64,000 nucleotides of DNA, from assembly GCA_039810425.1 (NCBI GenBank), contig JBDHWW010000003.1, forward strand, positions 80,206 to 144,205, in the 5' to 3' direction. The translations under genes and the position numbers were made by a program. This document shows positions 57,447 through 64,000 of this stretch, in pieces. Under the pieces are notes generated by a model. The model was not told the origin of the DNA. It was given only the letters and a program-made list of their open reading frames with translations, and made no database searches. The stretch comes from Pseudobdellovibrionaceae bacterium. GTDB taxonomy: Bacteria; Bdellovibrionota; Bdellovibrionia; Bdellovibrionales; Bdellovibrionaceae. Every line of letters starts with the position of its first letter. The first letter of the stretch is position 1.

Positions 57447-60260
57447 CTACTGTTGTTTCGACATTGCGGGAATGCGTTGAATATATTTCTTATAGTCATC
57501 GCGCCACTCGGAGTTTCTCAATTGCTCCTGGGCGAGATTGTGCCAAAACTGATTTTTTTGCCCTTTCAACGGGCTCCAAACATCAGCGGCTTTTTGAACC
57601 TCTCCTTTTTTGAAGTAAATCTGTCCGAGCTTGTAACGAATCGAAGACAGCGGACGGGTTTCTTCGTAGGCGCTTAGCAACTTGTCGTAGGCGGCGATCG
57701 CATTGGGACCGTCCCCTTTTTCCAAAAGCAACTGACCCAAAAGCTCCAAAGACTTTGCATGCACGCTGATTGGAACTGCTTTTGAATCATTCATCAAAAT
57801 ATCGATTTTCTTCAAAGACTCAATGGCGGAATCCGGTTTACCTTGCTTCACCTCAAGCTGGGCCAAACGCAAGTACGGCTCAGCGACCAACGAAGCCTGG
57901 CCTTTCCAAGTTTTCAAAAGGTCTGTCAAGTATCGAACTGCCGAGTCAAGGTCACCGCGTTTTTCAAGAAGATCCACCGCCACACGAACGCGCTCGATTT
58001 GTTGGGCGTCGCTAAGGCTCTCGGGATTTTTGATATTTCTCAGGTAGTCATAGGCTTGATTGAACTTCTTTTCCTGGAATGTCGTGCTCGCTAAACGCAG
58101 GTTCAGTTCATCTTCGCTTGGCTTGCGCTTTGTCGCCGTCAGTTCCTTATCCGTTGTCGAGCCTTTGATCGCATACACCTGATTCAGAACATCGCGGTAG
58201 TATTTTTCCGCCTGCTCTTGCGCACCCGCCATTTCAAAGGCGTTTGCCAAGTAGAACTTCGTATCAATACGATCACTGTTTTTCAGCCAGCTCTCGGCGT
58301 ACTTGCTATGAGTCTTCAACGCCTTGATAAAGTCACCGGCACTGATCTGATCGCGGATTTCATCTGTGATATTGCCGACAATTCGACGCATGACTAAGTC
58401 GCGATCGACTGTTGTCGGATTCTGCTGATAGTATCTTGTTAAAAGACCGATGGCTTTTTCATGCTCGCCACGGGACGTATAGCCTTCAGAAATCATAATC
58501 GTGCCGAACTGTTCGATATTTGGGATATCAAGCTTTTTCACCAAAGAAAGAATCTCTTTCGTGGCCGCATCGGTTTCTTTTGCCTTCATGCCCTTCATTC
58601 GGGCGCTTGTTAAGCGCAGGCGGGCGATAATCGCATTGTTGCTTTCACCATAGCGGAAGTATGTTTCAAGGTATGCGCCGATCACGCGGGACTTATCCGC
58701 ACCCAGGATATCGAGCAACTCACCCATACGAGTCATTGCAAAAGCTGCATGCTCGTGCGAAGGGAACTTTTTCATGAAATCAAGGTAGGCATCCAAAGCT
58801 TGGCGGTATTGACCCATCCCAAACAAAGCCTCCGCTTGGTTATAAAAAGCGTTTGGATACTCGCTTTGGTACTCAGGGTATTTCTTAACCGCGTCTTTAT
58901 AGGTATCAACCGCTTTCTGGTAGTTTTTCGCCTGAACGTAAACATCGCCCTCGCGATACGCCGCTTCGGACTTGATCTCTTTATATGGGCTTTCCTTTTG
59001 CAGCTTGGTGAAAATATCAGCCGCTTCTTGGTAACGATTGAGTTTTAAATATCCGATGCCGGTTCCAATTTTTGCCAAATCATTTGAAAGCGCCTCGGCT
59101 TTGCCGGCGTGACCTTTTTCGATGTGTTCATTAAAAAGACGGATGGCATCCATTGAATCGCCCTTTTCAAGCGCCAGGTTGCCCAACATCAGAGAAGTTC
59201 TTTCCACCAAAGGAGACTTTGGGTGCTTTTGAATCGCTTGCTTGTACTTTACTTGGGCGATTTCGTAGTACTTTGGATCTTCTTTATCTTGCCAGAGATT
59301 TTTGTAAACATCCGCAGTCATGAAGTCGACTAAGTCATTGTACTCAGACTCTGGATACTTTTTCTGGAACCATTCCTCAGTCTTGAGGTAAACCGCATAG
59401 CGCTTGTTTTCAAACAAAGTCAGTAACAAGCGCGCCTGCTTGTTTTCTTCCGTTTGTTTCGGCGCGATTTCATATATTGGGGCCGCCGTCCTCATTTTCT
59501 CCCAGTAGTGATTTTCTGCGCGAATCATCGGGTACGGAATGAAGTAGCCTTCTTTACTGCGAAGCATGGCCTCTTCTTTAATTTCGTAGTCTTTAATCTT
59601 AAAGCGCTCAAAGTTCGGATCACCGCCATCAAAAAGACCCGAGCGACTTTCTGTAGAGTCATGCGAATTTGAACCGTCGTTTTTTATAACCAAGACGTCC
59701 GCCGTCGCCGGCTTACGAGTCTTGTTGTCTTTGCCCGTTTTTACGGCCTCAGTTTTAGCCGTGGTTGAAGCTTCTGCGGTCTTTGCCGCGGCTGCCGTTT
59801 TTTTAGTTTTTGTGGTTGTCGCCGGCGTTTGGTTTTGGGCGTTCATGTAGAAATCGACAATCAAGCGCGACGGTTGATCAGTCAGGTAGTCAAAACTTTC
59901 AATTTCATCACCGGGAACTTGGAAGCTCACGATGTATTTTCCATCCGGCCCCGCCTTATCCACGGACACGCCGGTCACCATATCGTTCTTAAACGATAGA
60001 ATTTTCTTCAAAGAAGCATCATCTATCGCATCGACGGTCAACTGTAGATAGCTTTTGCCGGATTTCTCGACGCGCCGGAGGTCGTAGTCCCAGTTTTGCT
60101 GGCCGGAAAGCTCCAAATGCACGGTGTCCCCTTGATCCGCCAGCAAACTGGAGATCTTTGCGGCGTTTGCAAACGGCGAGGAAACTAGACTAACGAGTAG
60201 GCTTACAACGATGAAACCGAATTTCAATTTGCTCACTCCTTGAACAAACTTTAAAGACAC
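57447..60260 (-). CDS. Large exported tetratricopeptide-repeat protein heading the flagellar operon
   Basis: Signal peptide, AMIN-like N-terminus (RLIVDF), many TPR helices (KKYP.S, KKFP.H); exact start uncertain (60227-60260). Confidence 0.85.
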   Translation of the reverse strand: MSLKFVQGVSKLKFGFIVVSLLVSLVSSPFANAAKISSLLADQGDTVHLELSGQQNWDYDLRRVEKSGKSYLQLTVDAIDDASLKKILSFKNDMVTGVSVDKAGPDGKYIVSFQVPGDEIESFDYLTDQPSRLIVDFYMNAQNQTPATTTKTKKTAAAAKTAEASTTAKTEAVKTGKDNKTRKPATADVLVIKNDGSNSHDSTESRSGLFDGGDPNFERFKIKDYEIKEEAMLRSKEGYFIPYPMIRAENHYWEKMRTAAPIYEIAPKQTEENKQARLLLTLFENKRYAVYLKTEEWFQKKYPESEYNDLVDFMTADVYKNLWQDKEDPKYYEIAQVKYKQAIQKHPKSPLVERTSLMLGNLALEKGDSMDAIRLFNEHIEKGHAGKAEALSNDLAKIGTGIGYLKLNRYQEAADIFTKLQKESPYKEIKSEAAYREGDVYVQAKNYQKAVDTYKDAVKKYPEYQSEYPNAFYNQAEALFGMGQYRQALDAYLDFMKKFPSHEHAAFAMTRMGELLDILGADKSRVIGAYLETYFRYGESNNAIIARLRLTSARMKGMKAKETDAATKEILSLVKKLDIPNIEQFGTIMISEGYTSRGEHEKAIGLLTRYYQQNPTTVDRDLVMRRIVGNITDEIRDQISAGDFIKALKTHSKYAESWLKNSDRIDTKFYLANAFEMAGAQEQAEKYYRDVLNQVYAIKGSTTDKELTATKRKPSEDELNLRLASTTFQEKKFNQAYDYLRNIKNPESLSDAQQIERVRVAVDLLEKRGDLDSAVRYLTDLLKTWKGQASLVAEPYLRLAQLEVKQGKPDSAIESLKKIDILMNDSKAVPISVHAKSLELLGQLLLEKGDGPNAIAAYDKLLSAYEETRPLSSIRYKLGQIYFKKGEVQKAADVWSPLKGQKNQFWHNLAQEQLRNSEWRDDYKKYIQRIPAMSKQQ

Positions 60261-60279
60261 TTCTACAAAAGATTTTCAA

Positions 60280-60295
60280 TGCACAAGCAATGCCA
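60280..60295 (-). promoter_or_regulatory. Putative sigma54 promoter of flagellar operon
   Basis: Minus strand TGGCAT-TGCTT-GTGCA with correct 10-nt GG-GC spacing. Confidence 0.65.
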
Positions 60296-60354
60296 GGTCC
60301 TTTTTTTCCTCCAGGGCAAATATTTTCCAGCTGGGCAAAAATGACCCATTGATT

Positions 60355-60373
60355 TTTGTCGGTGTCCGACAAA
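60355..60373. promoter_or_regulatory. Perfect palindrome, candidate enhancer (UAS)
   Basis: TTTGTCGG-TGT-CCGACAAA, ~60-80 bp upstream of the -24 element. Confidence 0.55.
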
Positions 60374-60459
60374 CTCATGACACTCCTCTAAAGTCCGTAT
60401 CGCCGAAAGTCGAGAATTGATTTTAACTACTGAGGATTTCTGATTTTTTAGCCGATGAA

Positions 60460-60966
60460 GTGATTATGAAAAACCATCACCTTCGCTATCTCATTTTCAT
60501 TTGGCTCGTGCTGACTGTGGGGGCCTGCGTCTCGGTTAAAATTCCGAGCGGGACAGGCACACCAGCAAAGGACCTCAAGTACGCAGATCCCGCGGCACCG
60601 TTTAAAGAAATCAAAGTCACTTCAGGTGATAAGGCTTGGTTGAGTGGTAAAACTGGGAACACGCTCTCCTTCCTTTCGGACTGCAACGGCAGTGCGGATC
60701 CAACGCTCCAGCAAATCGAAGGCGATTCACTCGTTGTTTTGGATAAGCTCAAAATTCTTTCGACACAAAACTTCGACTTCAACGGCCGCGATGCTCTTCG
60801 CACCGAGGCCCAAGGCGAGGTTGATGGCGTTCCCGTTAAAACTTCGCTCGTGGTATTTAAGAAAAATGGCTGCAACTTTACGCTGAGCTACGGTGGTGTT
60901 GCAAAGACTTTCGATTCTGAAAAATCTTATTTCGAAAAATTCATAGAAAGTTTCAAGGCGCCTTGA
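60460..60966 (+). CDS. Lipoprotein co-transcribed with mlaEFD (PsbP/Mog1-like fold suspected)
   Basis: Lipobox VGA-C; FNGRDAL...FEKFIESF pattern; overlaps mlaE start. Confidence 0.75.
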   Translation: MIMKNHHLRYLIFIWLVLTVGACVSVKIPSGTGTPAKDLKYADPAAPFKEIKVTSGDKAWLSGKTGNTLSFLSDCNGSADPTLQQIEGDSLVVLDKLKILSTQNFDFNGRDALRTEAQGEVDGVPVKTSLVVFKKNGCNFTLSYGGVAKTFDSEKSYFEKFIESFKAP

Positions 60967-61748
60967 TGGATTCACTACCCGTCACGGCATTCCTACTTGA
61001 AGTACTGAATTTCTGGGGAGGCCTCGGTATCCTCACCGGTCAGGTCTTCCGTGACACGTTTAAAGGTAAAATCTATTGGAAGCTCGTGATTGAGCAGGTC
61101 TTCCAAGTGGGTTACAAGTCTATTCCACTGGTTTTTGTGACGTCGTTTAGCATCGGCATGGTGATGGCGCTGCAATTTGGTCTAGGTCTCGAGAAGTTCG
61201 GCGGTAAGCTTTATGTTCCGAAACTCGTTGCAGCCACAATTCTTCGCGAAATCGGTCCGATGTTTACCAGCTTGATGTTCGCGGCCCGGATCGGCGCCGG
61301 TATGGCCAGTGAAATCGGTTCCATGACCGTCACCCAGCAAATCGATGCGATTCGCGCACTGGGTACTTCGCCGATTAAGAAGATCGTGATTCCACGTGTG
61401 ATTGCCTGCTTGATTGCGCTTCCGGTCCTGGTGGCTTTTGCAAATATCGTCGGCAATGCCGGAAGCCTGATCGTCGGTGCGACCGAACTCCGGCTCGATC
61501 CGAACTTCTATTACTTGAAGATTATGTCAACGGCGACTCTTGATGACTACCTCTCGGGTTTCGCCAAGTCTTTCTTCTTTGCTTGTTTTATCTCTCTGTC
61601 TTCTTGCTACTTCGGTTTGAACGTAAAGAACGGCGCCAAGGAAGTCGGTATCGCCACGACAAATGCCGTGGTGGTTTCTTCCATCATGATTTTAGTGGGC
61701 GACTTCTTCCTTTCAAAATTAATATGGATGCTGACTAAATGGGTGTAA
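60963..61748 (+). CDS. mlaE: MlaE-family ABC permease
   Basis: REIGP, ARIGAGMASEIGSM.VTQQIDA, VG.ATT.AVV. Confidence 0.93.
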   Translation: MMDSLPVTAFLLEVLNFWGGLGILTGQVFRDTFKGKIYWKLVIEQVFQVGYKSIPLVFVTSFSIGMVMALQFGLGLEKFGGKLYVPKLVAATILREIGPMFTSLMFAARIGAGMASEIGSMTVTQQIDAIRALGTSPIKKIVIPRVIACLIALPVLVAFANIVGNAGSLIVGATELRLDPNFYYLKIMSTATLDDYLSGFAKSFFFACFISLSSCYFGLNVKNGAKEVGIATTNAVVVSSIMILVGDFFLSKLIWMLTKWV

Positions 61749-62470
61749 TTGAAGTCAAAAACTTTAAAAAGTCTTTCGGCACAAAGGTGGTCCACAGGGA
61801 CGTCTCCTTTTACGTGCGTAAAGGTGAGTGCATGGGCCTGATCGGTGGCTCGGGTACTGGAAAGAGCGTGATCTTGCGCAGTCTGATCGGCCTTGAAAAA
61901 CCTGACGGTGGACAAGTCATTATCAATGGGGTTGACATTACTCATATGAACGAACGCGAACTCCTCGAGGTTCGAAAAAAAGTCGCGTACGCATTTCAGA
62001 ACGGCGCTCTTTTTGACTCGATGACCGTCTTTGAAAATCTTGCCTATCCTTTGCGTGAACACTTTCATCTTACTGAAAAGGAAATCAGCGATCGCGTGCT
62101 TGGCAGCCTCGACGAATTCGGTCTTGCCGGCAACGAAAATGTCTACCCTACAAGCCTTTCAGGCGGTATGCAAAAACGCGTGGGCCTTGTGCGTGCGATG
62201 ATGATGAGCCCCGAAATCATTCTATACGATGAACCAACAGCGGGTCTCGATCCGTTTAACACACGCAAAATTCAAGATTTGATTTTACGACTAAAAGCCA
62301 AAGGAGTGACCTCAATTCTGGTGACTCATGATATGCCGACAGCCAACGCTGTTTGCGATAAAATGGCTATGGTTCTTAACGGTCATATTGAAGCGCAAGG
62401 GACCATGTCTCAGCTGGCTCAAGACGGCCTTGGAGCCATTGCTAAATTCATCGCCGGAGAGGAACTCTAG
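61739..62470 (+). CDS. mlaF: MlaF-family ABC ATPase
   Basis: GGSGTGKS, FQNGALFDSMTV, LSGGMQKRV, YDEPTAGLDP. Confidence 0.93.
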   Translation: MGVIEVKNFKKSFGTKVVHRDVSFYVRKGECMGLIGGSGTGKSVILRSLIGLEKPDGGQVIINGVDITHMNERELLEVRKKVAYAFQNGALFDSMTVFENLAYPLREHFHLTEKEISDRVLGSLDEFGLAGNENVYPTSLSGGMQKRVGLVRAMMMSPEIILYDEPTAGLDPFNTRKIQDLILRLKAKGVTSILVTHDMPTANAVCDKMAMVLNGHIEAQGTMSQLAQDGLGAIAKFIAGEEL

Positions 62471-62478
62471 GAGAAACT

Positions 62479-63282
62479 ATGGAAAACAACGCAAAAGTAC
62501 AACTTCGGGTAGGTATTTTCCTTGTGGTGGGCCTTATTATACTACTGGGCTCGATTTTCTTGCTGGGTGCCGACAAGGCGTTCTTCCGCAGCTATACAAC
62601 CCTGCATGCACACTTTGAACAAGTCCAAGGTTTGGCGGAAGGTTCTGTTGTTTCATTCTCTGGCATCACGGTTGGCAACATCAAAAAAATCGACATCCTT
62701 CCTGAGCGCAATTTGATCGACATTGTTATGCAAATCGACAATCAGTTCATGCCTCGCGTGACAGAAGGTTCGCTGGTGGAAATCCGCACTCAGGGAGCCT
62801 TGGGCGATAAGTACATCTTCATCATTCCCGGCGATCCTAAGGCAAAGCCACTCACGGAAAATGCCGTGGTTGAAGTCGCAAAAGCAACTGATATCCTCGG
62901 TATTCTTTCCGAGCGCGGTAACGAAGCCGAAAAAATCTTTGATATCATCAATGAAATGCACCGTTTCTCAAAATCTCTCAACGCGGAAAATCGCGTGGAC
63001 AAAATCCTCGCAAATATGGCCAGTGCCACTGCAAAACTTGATAAGATGGCGGGGGCAGCCGAAAAAATCACTGAAGGCCTCAGCGACGGCAAGCTTAAAA
63101 ACACGGTGGATCGTTTGGACAGCGTGATGACAAAACTTGATAGGGGCCAAGGCACGCTGGGTGCTTTGATCAACGACTCAAGCCTGCATGACCAGCTGAA
63201 GTCAATGCTCGGTGGCTCTCCTCGTAAGAGCTACATGAAAAATCTGATGCGCACTTCGATTGAAAAGAACGAGGAAAAATAG
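62479..63282 (+). CDS. mlaD: MCE-domain protein MlaD
   Basis: VGIF TM, GL.EGS.V...GI.VG, T.G.LGDKYI...PG; helical extension. Confidence 0.92.
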   Translation: MENNAKVQLRVGIFLVVGLIILLGSIFLLGADKAFFRSYTTLHAHFEQVQGLAEGSVVSFSGITVGNIKKIDILPERNLIDIVMQIDNQFMPRVTEGSLVEIRTQGALGDKYIFIIPGDPKAKPLTENAVVEVAKATDILGILSERGNEAEKIFDIINEMHRFSKSLNAENRVDKILANMASATAKLDKMAGAAEKITEGLSDGKLKNTVDRLDSVMTKLDRGQGTLGALINDSSLHDQLKSMLGGSPRKSYMKNLMRTSIEKNEEK

Positions 63283-63350
63283 TCTAAAATAGACCCGGTT
63301 CGCTAAACTGATTGTTACACATGTCATTTACTGTATCGTGGGCCTTAGAT

Positions 63351-63385
63351 ACTGAGGGTGCTTTTTTACAGCACCCTCAGTTTTT
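63351..63385 (+). terminator. Rho-independent terminator
   Basis: ACTGAGGGTGCT...AGCACCCTCAGT followed by T-tract. Confidence 0.85.
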
Positions 63386-63394
63386 ATTCCGCAA

Positions 63395-63745
63395 CTACTT
63401 GCAATTAATCGCTTCAATACCACCAACGATATTTTCAATAGTTGGAGTACCGAGGTAGGCCACTTCACACTCGACAGTGTAGGAATGGCGTGAAGGACTA
63501 TTAAACTTCAATTTTCCACTGACCAAGCGAATGCCTTCAGTCACCAATTTCGAAGTGATGTTTGTGTTTGTTAAACACGCGCGTAAATCAATCGCCGCAT
63601 CAACGCTTTGTTCTTCCATCAACTGGTCGATTGCGGTACAAAGGAGCGTTCTCTCAGAACGCTTCGCTTTCTCAAAAGAAAAAGCGGAAGAAGATACTGC
63701 GGACAAAGCGAGAACTGCACCGAATACGACTTTTGAAATTTTCAT
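63395..63745 (-). CDS. Small secreted protein with four Cys
   Basis: GAGGAG RBS, signal peptide AFS, 116 aa. Confidence 0.75.
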   Translation of the reverse strand: MKISKVVFGAVLALSAVSSSAFSFEKAKRSERTLLCTAIDQLMEEQSVDAAIDLRACLTNTNITSKLVTEGIRLVSGKLKFNSPSRHSYTVECEVAYLGTPTIENIVGGIEAINCK

Positions 63746-64000
63746 TTTTAGCTCCTCATTTAGTTTTCATTTTTTAACGAAAACTGGGAGTTGCAAGATG
63801 AAGACCTGCCCCAGGTCATCTATAGACCAGTACATGCTTGTAAGTTGTCTGATTTGTGGCTGCCCGGCCCAAAAATGACCTTTCCAAAAAATGCCTCTCG
63901 GGTTTATTAGAAGGGGGTGTTTTGTGCCAAGCGGGCGGGAGCCTTTGGTGGAGAATGCGGAGTTTTTTATTGCCGCAAAGTCACTGCAAACAGACATCCT

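Noticed and set aside
60432..60458. sigma28 promoter before the Mla-operon lipoprotein (GCCGATGA)
   Set aside because: Poor -35 element and too close to the start codon.
63791..63806. sigma54-like AGGTCT-TCATC-TTGCA upstream of the 63745 gene
   Set aside because: Correct spacing but weak -24 element; not enough support to list as a feature.
1..64000. Prophage, IS elements, tRNA/rRNA, defence islands
   Set aside because: No integrase, transposase, phage structural, cas or RNA-gene signatures recognised by eye.

Overview
A 64-kb chromosomal window, most likely from a Bdellovibrio-like predator (Bdellovibrionota). This taxonomy is inferred from gene content and order, not from a database search. 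It is mostly core genome: a KamA-family radical SAM gene, carbonic anhydrase, an orphan GroES with a histone-H1-like tail, PBP1b, ileS-lspA-lgt, ptrB, yacG-hup-pfkA, a liv ABC operon, a long flagellar basal-body/hook cluster (TPR gene to flgB...flgE), two MCPs and mlaEFD. I saw no tRNA, rRNA, CRISPR array or transposase. The most interesting element is a compact operon at ~14.3-19.4 kb. A near-consensus sigma54 promoter precedes (i) a radical SAM/SPASM peptide maturase with an RRE-like N-terminus, (ii) a 44-55 aa precursor-like peptide with a ranthipeptide-type KHIK leader and a single-Cys Gly/Pro core, (iii) a CHASE2 sensor histidine kinase and (iv) a sigma54-dependent response regulator. This layout would fit an autoinducing, RiPP-based signalling circuit; that function is an inference. 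Other notable items are a three-hairpin leader with a CsrA-type loop over the flgE ribosome-binding site, a palindrome shared upstream of two sigma54 promoters, a degenerate enhancer-binding protein heading the flagellar operon, and a decayed class III aminotransferase fragment.
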